Source of the DNA: an uncultured Spirochaetota bacterium
GTDB taxonomy: Bacteria; Spirochaetota; Spirochaetia; SZUA-6; Fen-1364
Direction: 5' to 3'
Length of the DNA: 64,000 nucleotides
Assembly: GCA_963745235.1 (NCBI GenBank)
Contig: CAVUXE010000048.1
Location: 46,908 to 110,907, forward strand
Under the pieces are notes generated by a model. The model did no database searches. It was not told the origin of the DNA and saw nothing but the letters and a program-made list of their open reading frames with translations. This document shows positions 1 through 10,748 of this stretch, piece by piece. Each line of letters begins with the position of its first letter. The first letter of the stretch is position 1. The position numbers and the translations under genes are program-made.

Positions 1-302
1 CGTTGCGGCTCATCGATGAGCTCCTGAAGAAGAACCAGGTTCGCGGACGGGACATCATCAGCATACTTTTCTCCCTGACGACCGACCTGGACGCGGGAAA
101 CCCGGCGACCGGCCTGCGCGAGGGCGGGTTTCTGGAGACGCCGCTTTTCTGCGTTCAGGAGGCGAAAGTCGAGGGCGGGATGGAGCGAGTCATTCGGGCC
201 CTTGTCACGTTCGAGGGAAAGAGGCGTCGGAAGGCAATTGCGATCTACCTGGACGGCGCCGAGGCGCTTCGTCCCGACATCGCCCCGGGGAGATCTCCGT
301 GA
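1..302 (+). CDS. aroH: Chorismate mutase, AroH class (5'-partial)
   Basis: IISILFSLTTDLDA..PA...R and PLFCVQEAKVEGGMERVIRAL..YLDGAEALRPD match the AroH family; ORF runs off the window start. Confidence 0.85.
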   Translation, partial: LRLIDELLKKNQVRGRDIISILFSLTTDLDAGNPATGLREGGFLETPLFCVQEAKVEGGMERVIRALVTFEGKRRRKAIAIYLDGAEALRPDIAPGRSP

Positions 303-1870
303 AGCTTCCCGGCAGCGTGTGGCACGTGGCGCGGGAGTACGCCGGGCTGGCTGAGGCGGGCGGTGTGAAAGACGTGGTTCGGGGACTGGCCGACGCCCTG
401 GTCCGACGAGGCGTTTCAACCACGGTCGTCATACCGCTCTACGGTTTCCTGGCGCCTCTGGTGGAGAAGAGGAGACCGGTTACCTCGTTCACGATGTTGC
501 TGCCGGACCAGGACAAGGCAAACGAGCTTTTCGAAGAGCGCGTGCGGATCTCCCAGTCGGAGATGCAGGGCGTGAGGCTTCTTCTGGTAGAGTCGCCCCG
601 CTTTTCCTCGCTGCGCGACGTGTATACATACACAGCCCAGGACGAGGCGGAGAACGAATGGCGAAAGAAGGGGACGGGCCATTGGGATTCCCATCAGCTG
701 AACCTGTTGCTTCAACGCGCGGCGCTGGAGGCCGCGGCCGGGCTTGGCGAAGCTCAGGTGCTGTTTCACTGTCATGACGGCCATACCGCGTTTCTTCCTG
801 CACTCATGAGGGAATCTCCTGCATTTGCGGAGGCGTTCAGGCTCTCTGCTTCCGTTGTGACAATCCATAACGCGGGCAAGGGCTATCACCAGGAAGTGTG
901 GTCCCCCGAGTTTGCGGCCCTGCTGACAGGACTGCCACCGTCGGTGCTGGAGAAGGGGATGCTGGGGGGCACCGTGGATCCGCTGCTCCTGGCCGGTTCC
1001 TACTCCCTGCTTTGCACCGTGTCAGAGCAGTACGCGCGGGAGTTGCTTGCGGAAAAAGAAGACGAGGTGAGCGGAGGCCTCGGCAGGGCCTGCCGGGAGC
1101 GCGGCATCCCGCTTGCCGGAATCACGAATGGAATAGATCCCACCCCCTGGGATCCGCGTTTCCCTGAGCGGTCGGCGCTCGGCGTGAGGTTCGACCCGTC
1201 AACCGGTGACCTTGCGGGCAAGAGGGAGTGTCGCAAGACCCTGGCAGAGCGCCTCAACATCCCCCGGGGACCGGCGGAAGACCGGCTTCCCTTGTACGCT
1301 TTCGTCGGAAGGCTGACCGAGCAGAAAGGCGTCGACATCCTGTTCAGCTCGATCAAGGAAATCCTTTTCCATGAAGACAGCCCGCTCTTCGTCGTCCTGG
1401 GGTCCGGGGAAAAGCAGAGAGAGGACGTGTTTGCGCAGCTTGCAGTGCAGCCGCAAACGCGGGGGAGGCTCTGCTTCGTTCCGCGCTACGACCCGGCGCT
1501 GGCAAAGCTCATTTACGCTGCAAGCGACTTCTTTCTCATACCGTCCCTGTATGAGCCATGCGGGCTCACCGACTTCATCTCCCAGGTCCTCGGAAGCATA
1601 CCCATTGCGCATCACGTCGGCGGCCTGGTGAAGGTGAGGGATGGTAAGACCGGATTCTCGTATGATGAGCAGTCCCCCGTGGCCCTTTCCGCCGTACTGA
1701 AGAGGACGACAGGCATGTTCGTCTCTGATCCGTCCGCGTTGGAGGCCATCCGGAGGCGGGCCTTCTCTGAGATATTCTCCGCGCACACCTGGGACAAGGT
1801 TCTGGAGGAAGGCTACCTTCCTCTCTACGCCAAGGCATTCGAGGAGGCAACCCGGTGGACGCGGAAGTAA
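299..1870 (+). CDS. Glycogen/starch synthase-like GT5 glycosyltransferase
   Basis: HCHDGH, TIHN, GITNGID, GRLTEQKG and PSLYEPCGL motifs; N-terminal KxGG reads EAGG. Confidence 0.85.
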   Translation: MKLPGSVWHVAREYAGLAEAGGVKDVVRGLADALVRRGVSTTVVIPLYGFLAPLVEKRRPVTSFTMLLPDQDKANELFEERVRISQSEMQGVRLLLVESPRFSSLRDVYTYTAQDEAENEWRKKGTGHWDSHQLNLLLQRAALEAAAGLGEAQVLFHCHDGHTAFLPALMRESPAFAEAFRLSASVVTIHNAGKGYHQEVWSPEFAALLTGLPPSVLEKGMLGGTVDPLLLAGSYSLLCTVSEQYARELLAEKEDEVSGGLGRACRERGIPLAGITNGIDPTPWDPRFPERSALGVRFDPSTGDLAGKRECRKTLAERLNIPRGPAEDRLPLYAFVGRLTEQKGVDILFSSIKEILFHEDSPLFVVLGSGEKQREDVFAQLAVQPQTRGRLCFVPRYDPALAKLIYAASDFFLIPSLYEPCGLTDFISQVLGSIPIAHHVGGLVKVRDGKTGFSYDEQSPVALSAVLKRTTGMFVSDPSALEAIRRRAFSEIFSAHTWDKVLEEGYLPLYAKAFEEATRWTRK

Positions 1871-2670
1871 GCCTGAAGACGTCCATCGACGTTGCTCGGA
1901 TCCGCCGGGCGTGTCGTGTTGCGGAAGACTGCATGCGGTTTCTTTCCGGGCAGATCCATCCGGGTGCGACCACCGAAGATCTGGACCGCCAGGCAGCCCG
2001 CTTCCTGAACAAGCACAGCGCGGCTTCCGCTCTTCGCGGGTACCGGGGTTTTCCCGGGTGCATCTGCACTTCGGTGAACAATGTCGCCGCCCACGGTATT
2101 CCTTCAAACAGAACGGTCGAAGAGGGAGATCTGATCTCACTCGACATCACGGTGAACCTGGACGGCTGGTTTGGGGATACGGCCTGGAGCTTCATCGTCG
2201 GAAAAGGGGGCCCGGACAGCCGGCGGCTGCTGCGAGCTGCCTGGCGGGCAACACTTGCGGGAATACGGGCTGCCCGGGCGGGAAACCGCATTGGCGACAT
2301 AGGGGCCGCCATTCAGAAAACGGCCCGGGCGTTCGGATGCTCGGTCATTGAAGACTACGTGGGCCACGGGATTGGCAGGGCCATGCACGAGGACCCCCTG
2401 GTGCTCAACTTCGGTGCCGCGGACACGGGGATGAGGATCGTGCCCGGAATGGTTTTCACGGTCGAGCCGATGCTGAACCTTGGCGGCCGGGAGGTCCACG
2501 TCACGGAGGATGGCTGGACCCTGGTTACAAGCGATGGGAGCCTCTCCGCGCAGTTCGAGCACACTGTCGCGGTGTTCCGCGACTACACTGAAGTGCTCAC
2601 CTATTCACGGGGCGACATCTTCGAGTCCGGCGACTTTCCCCCATCATTCACGGATTCCGCCCCGCGTTGA
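1855..2670 (+). CDS. map: Type I methionine aminopeptidase
   Basis: CTSVNNVAAHGIP, DLISLD, GHGIGRAMHEDP, TVEPM, SAQFEHT. Confidence 0.93.
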   Translation: MDAEVSLKTSIDVARIRRACRVAEDCMRFLSGQIHPGATTEDLDRQAARFLNKHSAASALRGYRGFPGCICTSVNNVAAHGIPSNRTVEEGDLISLDITVNLDGWFGDTAWSFIVGKGGPDSRRLLRAAWRATLAGIRAARAGNRIGDIGAAIQKTARAFGCSVIEDYVGHGIGRAMHEDPLVLNFGAADTGMRIVPGMVFTVEPMLNLGGREVHVTEDGWTLVTSDGSLSAQFEHTVAVFRDYTEVLTYSRGDIFESGDFPPSFTDSAPR

Positions 2671-2741
2671 GGTTGGGGGAAAGCACCTGACGGCCCGATA
2701 TTCCCAGCACGGGCTGATGACAACAGGCTGATGAAAGCGGC

Positions 2742-2770
2742 TTGACAGTGAAAAGTGCGCGTTATAGGTT
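2742..2770 (+). promoter_or_regulatory. Putative sigma70 promoter of tRNA-Thr
   Basis: TTGACA (2742-2747), 17-bp spacer, TAGGTT just upstream of the tRNA. Confidence 0.55.
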
Positions 2771-2784
2771 TTTTCGGAATTGTC

Positions 2785-2857
2785 GCCACCTTAGCTCAAC
2801 TGGCAGAGCACGTGATTTGTAATCTCGAGGTTCTCGGTTCAAGTCCGAGAGGTGGCT
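2785..2857 (+). tRNA. tRNA-Thr(TGT)
   Basis: Acceptor GCCACCT/AGGTGGC, anticodon TGT at 2818-2820, T-loop GTTCAAGTC; CCA not encoded. Confidence 0.95.
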
Positions 2858-3225
2858 TACAGACGAAGTTCGCGGCGCTCTGCCTCACCATGGCGACAAC
2901 GCCCGTCCAGTCACGCAGGGCCAACGGGGAGTCCTTGCCGTGGCCCGCCGTCTCGATACGTCCTGAGGCCTCCGCCTGTGGGACTTGGTCGATAAGGGGT
3001 CTACGGCCTTCCCCCGGGCCCTGGCACGCTCTTGGATCGCTTACAATGAGCATTTTGGATCGAGGGCGTCCAAAAATACACAAGCACTGGCATCGCAGCG
3101 GCAAAGTCTGCGCTGGAGACCGTGACCGTTCAGTCGCTTGTTTGATCCTACGGACTCAGGGATTCAAAACTTTGATTTGACTGCTCCGCGGCCGGCATTT
3201 AGATTCACTGTAGCATCATACGGGG

Positions 3226-3609
3226 GTGAAGAGCATGGGCAGTAAATACCCTTTTCCATTGCTCTGTGTTGTGCTGCTCGCCTCCAATATTCCGCTATGG
3301 GCCAATCCGCTTATGACTGACCGACGGGACGGTGACAAGCGCAGCCCGATCGATCTTTCTACGGGAAGCCCAGAGCCAAGCATCCAAAACGGTGACAGTA
3401 GCCTCTTCGCCCCGAGTCAGTGGAGCGCTCCTCATTCAAAAAACACGTCGCCCATTGATTCGTCCAACGGCTTTACTCTTGGAAAGTTTCCGCTGTTCTC
3501 GACCCGTTTGATACGCAACGCTCTGCCGGTGGAAATAGCGGTCCTCTTCGAAGGCTGCTCTGACGGACCCGCTTGCCTGGTTGAAGCCGGCCTAATGTTG
3601 AGGTTTTGA
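3226..3609 (+). CDS. Hypothetical protein, possibly exported
   Basis: Hydrophobic N-terminus, ends AGLMLRF; no recognisable family. Confidence 0.3.
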   Translation: MKSMGSKYPFPLLCVVLLASNIPLWANPLMTDRRDGDKRSPIDLSTGSPEPSIQNGDSSLFAPSQWSAPHSKNTSPIDSSNGFTLGKFPLFSTRLIRNALPVEIAVLFEGCSDGPACLVEAGLMLRF

Positions 3610-3674
3610 CGTTTGCGGGTACATCAAGACGCCTGTGCAGGGCAAAGAACCACAGGGGAAGGGAGAGAACACCG

Positions 3675-4226
3675 GTGAGACAGCGAATAGTCATTGCTGT
3701 AGCTCTCGCGGTCCTTATGGCGGCCTCTGCATATGCACAGACAAATTTCTTTTTGCTGGTAGAAACTGGAACACCGCAGCAGATACAGGCTGCTATCGAC
3801 GCTGGCGCGGACGTAAATGCTGCGAACGCGTTCGGTTCGGCCCCTCTGCTGCTCGCTGCCAAGTACAACCATAATCCTCTTGCCCTTACCGTTCTCTTGA
3901 ATGCAGGCGCGGACGTCAACGCTCGCAGCAACTTCAACAATACGCCCCTGTTAGTCGCCGCCCAGTTCAACACGAACCCTGAGGTGATAACCACACTCTT
4001 GAAGGCCGGCGCTGACCTGAGGGCCCGGGGCAGGGACGGCATGACCCCTCTCATGTTTGCCGCTGGAGGCACCTTTAACCCCGAAGTAGTGCTGGTGCTC
4101 CTGAAGGCTGGTGCAAACGCGAAGGGGAAAGACATGAATGGGAAAACAGCGCTTGACTACGCACAAGAGAATCCGAGCTTGAAAGGCACCGATGCCTATC
4201 GGCAGCTTCAGGAAGCGTCACAGTAA
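3675..4226 (+). CDS. Secreted ankyrin-repeat protein
   Basis: Signal peptide (..ASAYA|Q); repeated GADVNA...TPL(L/M)xAA ankyrin units; GGGAGAG RBS before GTG 3675. Confidence 0.9.
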   Translation: MRQRIVIAVALAVLMAASAYAQTNFFLLVETGTPQQIQAAIDAGADVNAANAFGSAPLLLAAKYNHNPLALTVLLNAGADVNARSNFNNTPLLVAAQFNTNPEVITTLLKAGADLRARGRDGMTPLMFAAGGTFNPEVVLVLLKAGANAKGKDMNGKTALDYAQENPSLKGTDAYRQLQEASQ

Positions 4227-4364
4227 GCCAGGCAAGGACCGGGTTGCAGGGCTCGCCGATTATTGCGCCGCCGGCCCTGCAGGTGGTTGCGAGAGTGGAT
4301 TGTAGAGTATCGCAGAGTGTCGTCGAACATGTGTTCGTCGTCTCAACTCCGAGAGGTGGCTGAC

Positions 4365-5037
4365 TCACCCCATGGCAGCCTGGTTGAGGTAGTCGATGAA
4401 GGGCTTCATCGCCTTGAGGCTCTCCAGCACAAGAGCCGGAAACTCCGGGGAGGCAACGGTCTTGTCATCGAACCTCTCCATTACGCATACCTGCTTGTAG
4501 CGGAGCAGCTCGATCTCAGGATGATCGCTCGGGTACCCCTGGGGAGCGGTCTTCACCTTCTCTCCGGTCAGCTCCTGGAAATGCCGCTTGAACTGCACGC
4601 TGCTGAGGATCTTCTTGAATGGGCCGGCACCGGCGTCCATGGCCTGCCTGAATGCAGACAGCTGCTGCGGGGTCGGTTCCCAGAGGCCGCCAGCAGCCAT
4701 CGACTTTCCATCTGGTTGCAGGTGCAGGTGATACCCGATTCTGCCGGATTTCCTTCCTCCGGGAACTATTCCTGCGCCCAGGCCGGTCTTGTACGGGCTC
4801 TTGTCCTTGGAGAAACGGACATCGCGATAGATCCGCATCATGCAATCCTTCGGAGTCACTCCGTCAAGGTCCACCACCTTGCCCAAGCCGGGCAATGAGC
4901 TGGCCCACCAGCACCTCGAACTGATTCATGGCCTGCTCGTACTGCTCCCTGTTTGCCTCGAACCACTGCTTGTTGTTGTTTTTCCCGAGCCCCGAGAGGA
5001 ACTGAAGGGCAGAGCGAAGACCGGGATCTTTCGTCAT
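4365..5037 (-). CDS. DUF2461 (TIGR02453) family protein, frameshifted near 4890
   Basis: N-part FLSGLGKNNNKQWFEANREQY (ATG 5037, GGAGG RBS) and C-part RIYRDVRFSKDKSPYK in different frames. Confidence 0.85.
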
Positions 5038-5193
5038 TGGTTGCCTCCGTTCGTCAAGGTCTATAGTACAAACACGTCCGTCCGATCGACCATGAGCCGG
5101 CACCGGGCCCGCACGGGCGGTAGCTGGCCGGCACAAGGCCCTTGACAGAAGCGGATGATTTCTCATATGACCATGTGACAAGTCCATGGGTTG

Positions 5194-5275
5194 GGGGAGA
5201 TTCCCGAGTGGTCAAAGGGGGCAGACTGTAAATCTGTTGGCTACGCCTTCGAAGGTTCGAATCCTTCTCTCCCCA
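5194..5275 (+). tRNA. tRNA-Tyr(GTA)
   Basis: Acceptor GGGGAGA/TCTCCCC, GCAGACTGTAAATCTGT anticodon arm, long variable arm, GTTCGAATC. Confidence 0.95.
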
Positions 5276-5291
5276 ATTCCTACAGCACACC

Positions 5292-5735
5292 ATGCGGGAA
5301 CCTTTCTACAGTGACGGCTTGCGCTTCGGATGCACCCGGTGCTCGAAGTGCTGCCGACATACCCCGGGCTACGTTTTTCTTTCGGAGGCTGACATCGAAC
5401 CCCTCCTTCGGGCGCTGTCAGTGCCGCGGCAGACCTTTCTGCAGGGATATTGCCGTCGGGTTCGCTTCGGTCCTGTGCAGAGACTCAGTCTCAAGGAGAG
5501 ACCGAATGTGGACTGCATCCTGTGGGAGGACGGGGGATGCTCGGTGTACGAGGCGCGGCCTCTGCAGTGCCGCAGCTTTCCGTTCTGGAGCTCCTGCCTC
5601 TCCTCAATGGAAGAGTGGCAATTCCATGGGCGCCAATGCCCGGGGATCGGAACGGGCCCGCTGCACTCCCGCAAAGAGATCGAGGGCTGGCTTGCGCAGC
5701 GGATCAGTGAGCCGTTCATTGAGGTGGGGGGCTGA
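5292..5735 (+). CDS. YkgJ family cysteine-cluster protein
   Basis: FGCTRCSKCC, CILW..GGCSVYEARPLQCRSFPFW, CPGIG. Confidence 0.9.
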   Translation: MREPFYSDGLRFGCTRCSKCCRHTPGYVFLSEADIEPLLRALSVPRQTFLQGYCRRVRFGPVQRLSLKERPNVDCILWEDGGCSVYEARPLQCRSFPFWSSCLSSMEEWQFHGRQCPGIGTGPLHSRKEIEGWLAQRISEPFIEVGG

Positions 5736-5739
5736 ATGG

Positions 5740-5913
5740 ATGGGCGGGATTTTTCTTTCGGACAGCGAGGAGAACGAGCTGTACGTGATGCTCAAGCCGC
5801 GTGAATCCGACCTTCCAGAGCCGCTCAAGGTGCTCCTCCGCCGGGTGGAGAAATCCCTCTACCAGCGCATGACAATTGAAGACATCGAGGGGCTTTCCGC
5901 GCGCTTTTCCTGA
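5740..5913 (+). CDS. Small hypothetical protein (57 aa)
   Basis: MGGIFLSDSEENELY...LYQRMTIEDIE fills the gap between ykgJ and mltG. Confidence 0.55.
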   Translation: MGGIFLSDSEENELYVMLKPRESDLPEPLKVLLRRVEKSLYQRMTIEDIEGLSARFS

Positions 5914-5982
5914 GCGAAATCGTTGATTTCGCGCCGTGCGAGCGATATTTTCAGGTAGGGCCGGGGAAGGCCTGGTGGATCC

Positions 5983-6999
5983 ATGAGCAGACGCGCAATC
6001 CTTCTTCGGATATCGACCGTTGCCCTGGGAGTGGTTCTCTGCGCGGCGGCAACCCTGGCCTTTCTGAACTCGAGCCCGAGGCCTGCAGGTGACAGGCTGT
6101 TCTCCATCCGGCCCGGCGAGAGTCTCTCTCGAATCAGCGAACGGCTCCAGGATGAAGGCTTCATCCGATTCGCGCCCTTTCTCGACGTGGTCGGCAGGAT
6201 TCGCGGGACACAGGGAGACTTCAAGGCCGGATACTACCGTATCCCCGCGGGCGCCTCGACTCTGTCCATTCACTGGCTTCTTGTGGAGGGAGCCCAGACC
6301 CTGGAGAAACTCACCATTCCCGAGGGGTGGACATCCACCAAGATCGCGCGTCACCTGGAAGCGGAGGGCGTCTGCTCGGAGGCGGATTTTCTGGAGGCCG
6401 TGAAATCTCCCGCGCTGATTTCGAAGTTCGGCGTGCCCGGGAGGAGCCTGGAGGGGTACCTGTTTCCTGACACCTACTATGTCCCCCGGCCTTTCCCCGC
6501 GGATGCCATGGTGGAGCTGATGGTGAAGACATTCTTCGACAGCGTCAGCGGGATATACCCCGGATGGAGGGAGATGCGCCAGGACAAGCTCCGAGATACG
6601 CTGATCCTGGCCTCCATCGTGGAGCGGGAGTACCGCATGCCGGATGAGGCTCCCCTCATCGCTTCCGTCTTCTACAACAGGTTGAAGCTGAACATGGGGC
6701 TTGAATCGTGCGCCACTCTTGAATATATTATCACGGAGATCCAGCAAAAGGCACACCCGGAGTACATCACGACGGAAGATGAGAAGCTCAACTCACCGTA
6801 CAACACGTATAAGTGGGCGGGTCTGCCGCCTGGTCCGATCTCGAATCCTGGAAGGACAGCGCTGGAGGCCGCTTTCCGTCCTGCGCAGACAGATTACCTG
6901 TATTTCGTGCTCCGAGACGCGGACGCTGGCCGGCATTACTTCTCTCGCGATCTGAGCGAGCACAACCAGGCGAAGTACCTCTATTTGAAGAAATCGTAG
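5983..6999 (+). CDS. mltG: Endolytic transglycosylase MltG
   Basis: LTIPEG, LEGYLFPDTY, LASIVERE, SPYNTY..GLPPGPISNPG, YLYFV. Confidence 0.93.
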   Translation: MSRRAILLRISTVALGVVLCAAATLAFLNSSPRPAGDRLFSIRPGESLSRISERLQDEGFIRFAPFLDVVGRIRGTQGDFKAGYYRIPAGASTLSIHWLLVEGAQTLEKLTIPEGWTSTKIARHLEAEGVCSEADFLEAVKSPALISKFGVPGRSLEGYLFPDTYYVPRPFPADAMVELMVKTFFDSVSGIYPGWREMRQDKLRDTLILASIVEREYRMPDEAPLIASVFYNRLKLNMGLESCATLEYIITEIQQKAHPEYITTEDEKLNSPYNTYKWAGLPPGPISNPGRTALEAAFRPAQTDYLYFVLRDADAGRHYFSRDLSEHNQAKYLYLKKS

Positions 7000-7003
7000 G
7001 GGT

Positions 7004-8785
7004 ATGCGGATACCGGAAAGCACGCTCTCCGAGATTCAGAACCGCCTCGACATTGCGGAGGTCATCGGGGAGTACGTGACCCTGCAGCGCAAGGGCGGGA
7101 GATACTGGGGCCTCTGTCCCTTTCACCAGGAGAAGTCGCCTTCCTTCACCGTGACCCCGGAGAAGGGAGTCTACTATTGTTTCGGATGCCACAAGGGGGG
7201 CGGGCTTTTCCAGTTCGTGATGGACGTGGAAAAGATCGAGTGGCGCGATGCCGTTGAGCTCCTGGCAAAGAAAGCGGGAGTGGAAATCCCCCAGGGAGAC
7301 GCGGGAGGGGAAGGGGCCAAAAGGGAAGCGCTTCTGGAGCTCAATAAGAGGGTCGCCGGAAGCTTCCACTGGCTGCTCCGCGAAGGGGCGCAGGCGGAGG
7401 CCGCCCGGACGTACCTGGAATCCCGGGGCGTGAGCAAGGAGATAGTTGACAGTTTCCAGCTGGGCTACGCTCCCCCGGAAAGGGAGTGGCTGCACAGGTT
7501 CCTGAAACAGAAGAGCTACTCCGATGAGTTCCTGGCGCAGACGGGGTTGTTCACGCAGGCTTCGCGGGGCGGCATGGGGACGTTGTTCACAAACCGCGTC
7601 ATGTTTCCCATCGCCAACGCTCGGGGGGAAACGCTGGCATTTGGCGGAAGGGCGCTGGGAGACGTCCAACCGAAGTATCTGAACTCCCCTGAGACGGCGT
7701 TTTTCCGCAAGGGTGAGAACCTTTTTGCGATCGACAAGGCGGCGGCTGCCATTCGCAGCGCAGGCGCGTTTGTCCTGGTGGAGGGCTACATGGATGTCCT
7801 GGCGATGCACCAGGCAGGCATCGCCAATTGCGTGGCCCCGCTGGGAACGGCGCTCACGGAGCCCCAGGTGCGGCTCCTGAAGCGCTACGCGCAGAAGGGA
7901 ATCCTGGTGTTTGACGGAGACGATGCCGGGCAGAAAGCCAGCATGCGGGCCATCGAGATGCTGGAGCGCCAGGACTTGATTGCGCAGGTCGTTGTTCTTC
8001 CGGACGGCCAGGACCCGGCGGACTTCGTGCAGAAGGGGGAGGCCGCGAAGCTTCGGGAGCTGTTGGAAAGGCCCCTGGACAGCTTCCGCTACTTGACGGC
8101 AAGGGCTCTCGCCGCGCGTGACCTCGCCAGCCCGGAAGGCAGGGAAGGGTTCCGCGATTTCCTGTTTCCGTACGTGGCGGCCGTTGGCTCCCAGTTGAGG
8201 GCGGACGGCTACCTGACGCAGATTGCGGAGGCTCTTGGCGCGGAGCCCGGAGCCATTCGCCGGGATTTTTCGGCCTGGAGGTCCCGGGAGAAAGACCGCG
8301 GAAGGGGCAAAGCGGTGAGCACAGCGGAAGGTCCCGCGGCTGTTTCCGCGGACTTGTTTCTTTTTCTCGCCGTTGCCGCGAATCCGGAGCTCTTCCCACT
8401 TGTCCGCAACGGCGGGATTTCGATTTCTGATCTCGATGATGAGCGCGCCAGGCAGCTTTTCATCGCGTTGGAGGAATGCTTTCGGGCGGAGGAAACCGGG
8501 CTTGACGCGTTGTGCGCACGGATCGACTCGCCTGCGCTGCGGGATCTTGTGATTCGCAAGGTCGCGAGCGGAGAGTTCGACATGAACCAGGAAAGACTGG
8601 TCAGGGACGGAGTGCGGCGCGTACGCCAGAGGGAGCTCGCAAAGCGCATCGACCTGTTGGGGGCGGAAATGCGAAGGATCGATCGAGAAAGCCCGGATGC
8701 CGCGCGCATGCGTGAGCTTCTCGCGGAAAAGATGCATCTGGACGACGAGCTTGCGAAACTGAACACGGGGGCTGCAAGGGCTTGA
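7004..8785 (+). CDS. dnaG: DNA primase
   Basis: [15 protein letters not shown] zinc finger, [26 protein letters not shown]. Confidence 0.96.
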   Translation: MRIPESTLSEIQNRLDIAEVIGEYVTLQRKGGRYWGLCPFHQEKSPSFTVTPEKGVYYCFGCHKGGGLFQFVMDVEKIEWRDAVELLAKKAGVEIPQGDAGGEGAKREALLELNKRVAGSFHWLLREGAQAEAARTYLESRGVSKEIVDSFQLGYAPPEREWLHRFLKQKSYSDEFLAQTGLFTQASRGGMGTLFTNRVMFPIANARGETLAFGGRALGDVQPKYLNSPETAFFRKGENLFAIDKAAAAIRSAGAFVLVEGYMDVLAMHQAGIANCVAPLGTALTEPQVRLLKRYAQKGILVFDGDDAGQKASMRAIEMLERQDLIAQVVVLPDGQDPADFVQKGEAAKLRELLERPLDSFRYLTARALAARDLASPEGREGFRDFLFPYVAAVGSQLRADGYLTQIAEALGAEPGAIRRDFSAWRSREKDRGRGKAVSTAEGPAAVSADLFLFLAVAANPELFPLVRNGGISISDLDDERARQLFIALEECFRAEETGLDALCARIDSPALRDLVIRKVASGEFDMNQERLVRDGVRRVRQRELAKRIDLLGAEMRRIDRESPDAARMRELLAEKMHLDDELAKLNTGAARA

Positions 8786-10728
8786 AAACGAAAACGACGA
8801 CAAAGGCCAAACAAGCGCCGCACGCGGCGTCACGGGAAACGCAGAAGGCGGCGCGGGAAGCGCCGCACGCTGCGTCACGGGATGCGAAGCATGCCGCGTC
8901 ACGGGAAGCGCCCCACGGGGCGTCAAGGGAATCGGCTCACAAGAGGGAAAAGGCCGTGGGGAGGGCTGCCTCCAAGATCACTCGCGGCGCCGCCCCGTCT
9001 TCGGGAAGCGTCGAGCTCGCCGACGACCCGGCTATCAAGAAGCTCCTCGAGTATGCGAAGGGGAAGAAGAGCGTCAGTTATGACGAGGTGAACGATTTCC
9101 TTCCTGACTCGATTGTGCACTCGGACCGAATCGAAGAGGTCATCGGTCTGCTGGAAAAGCACAACATCAAGCTGGAAGACGAGGAGATCAACCTCGACAT
9201 CGAAGAGGAAAAGCCCGGGAAGGACCGCAAGAAGCTCATTTACAGCGACAAGGAATCCTCGGTGGATGATCCCATCCGCCTCTACCTGCGAGAGATCGGC
9301 AAGGAGAATCTGCTCACCGCAGAGCAGGAGGTCGAGCTCTCCAAGCGGATGGAAGAGGGAGAGAACGTCGTCAAGGGAGTCATCAAGAACTCCGGCGTGC
9401 TGGTGCGGGAGTTCCTCCGCCTCGGTCTACGCGCTACCTCCGTCAAGGATCCCCGGGAGATGAACCTCTCCAAGAAGGAGGCCACCGAGTACCTGGCGGA
9501 GACCCGCAAGCTCGGCGCTTTCTATCGGGAGCCCTTCAAGGATCACCTGCCGGGCGTGAAGCGCTACATGGAGATGAAGCGCCAGACCGAGTCCGAAGGC
9601 GGGGACATCTTCGACGACGCGTTCCTGGAGATCCGCAAGGACGTTGCGGACTCCCTCAAGAAGGTCGAGCTGCGCCCGGAGGACATCGCGGCCATTGCGG
9701 ACCGGCTCATTGCCGTGGCCCGGCGGATCCGTTCTCTTCAGAAAGAGATGACACGGGTCGAGAGGCGGCTTCATATTGCCTCTGCAAAAGACATGAAGTC
9801 CATCGTGCGCAGGCTCCCTGTCAACGCGGAAAGGGAGAAGCTGGAGAAAGCCGTCGGGATGGGGCTGGAAAGGGTGCGGGAGCTGCTCCGCCTTCATCAG
9901 GGCAACGAGAAGAAGCTCCAGCGCTACGAGACGGTGTTCGAGAACAAGGCTGAGGACATCCTGGCCATGGCGGACGAGATAGACCGCGGCCGTATCCTCA
10001 TGAAGGAAGCCAAGGACCGACTGATCAAGGCAAACCTCCGCCTGGTCGTGAGCATCGCCAAGAAGTACACAAACCGCGGCCTTCATTTTTTCGATCTGGT
10101 CCAAGAAGGGAACATCGGTCTGATCAAGGCGGTGGAGAAGTTCGAATATCGAAAGGGCTACAAGTTCTCCACCTATGCGACGTGGTGGATCCGTCAGGCC
10201 ATCACGCGCTCCATCTCGGACCAGGCCCGCACCATCCGGGTCCCCGTCCACATGATCGAGCAGATCAACAAGGTGATGCGCGAATCGCGCCAGCTGATGC
10301 AGGTGCTGGGCAGAGAGCCCACGGATGACGAGGTGGCGGAAAAGCTCGGTTGGGCCACCGGCAGGGTGAAGGCCGTGAAGAGCGTGGCGCGCGAGCCCAT
10401 CTCCCTGGAGACCCCTATTGGAGAGGAAGAGGACAGCCTGCTCGGGGATTTCATCGAGGACAAGGAAGTTGAGAGCCCCTCCAACATGACGGCGTTCCGG
10501 CTGCTCCAGGAGCAGCTGGAGTCCGTCCTGACCACGCTTCCGCCGCGGGAACAGGAAGTGCTCAAGATGCGCTTCGGCCTGGAAGACGGGTACTCCTTGA
10601 CGCTGGAGGAGGTGGGCCTCTACTTTAACGTCACGCGAGAGCGGATCCGTCAGATCGAGGCCAAGGCGCTTCGGCGGCTGCGCCACCCCACGCGGAGCCG
10701 GCGCCTGAAGGATTATCTGGAACACTAG
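8782..10728 (+). CDS. rpoD: RNA polymerase primary sigma factor
   Basis: [53 protein letters not shown]; follows dnaG. Confidence 0.96.
   Translation: MKTKTTTKAKQAPHAASRETQKAAREAPHAASRDAKHAASREAPHGASRESAHKREKAVGRAASKITRGAAPSSGSVELADDPAIKKLLEYAKGKKSVSYDEVNDFLPDSIVHSDRIEEVIGLLEKHNIKLEDEEINLDIEEEKPGKDRKKLIYSDKESSVDDPIRLYLREIGKENLLTAEQEVELSKRMEEGENVVKGVIKNSGVLVREFLRLGLRATSVKDPREMNLSKKEATEYLAETRKLGAFYREPFKDHLPGVKRYMEMKRQTESEGGDIFDDAFLEIRKDVADSLKKVELRPEDIAAIADRLIAVARRIRSLQKEMTRVERRLHIASAKDMKSIVRRLPVNAEREKLEKAVGMGLERVRELLRLHQGNEKKLQRYETVFENKAEDILAMADEIDRGRILMKEAKDRLIKANLRLVVSIAKKYTNRGLHFFDLVQEGNIGLIKAVEKFEYRKGYKFSTYATWWIRQAITRSISDQARTIRVPVHMIEQINKVMRESRQLMQVLGREPTDDEVAEKLGWATGRVKAVKSVAREPISLETPIGEEEDSLLGDFIEDKEVESPSNMTAFRLLQEQLESVLTTLPPREQEVLKMRFGLEDGYSLTLEEVGLYFNVTRERIRQIEAKALRRLRHPTRSRRLKDYLEH
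8815..8931 (+). repeat. Degenerate 24-bp tandem repeat encoding APHAASRE in the RpoD N-terminus
   Basis: Units at 8815, 8839 (21 bp), 8860, 8884 and 8908 with consensus GCGCCGCACGCGGCGTCACGGGAA. Confidence 0.8.
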
Positions 10729-10748
10729 GGCAAGGAAAAGGAAAAAAC

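Larger units (their letters stand above)
2858..4361. mobile_element. Small genomic islet at tRNA-Thr (no integrase)
   Basis: tRNA 3' end TCAAGTCCGAGAGGTGGCT (2839-2857) recurs as TCAACTCCGAGAGGTGGCT (4343-4361), 18/19 identical; interior visibly lower in GC. Confidence 0.7.
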
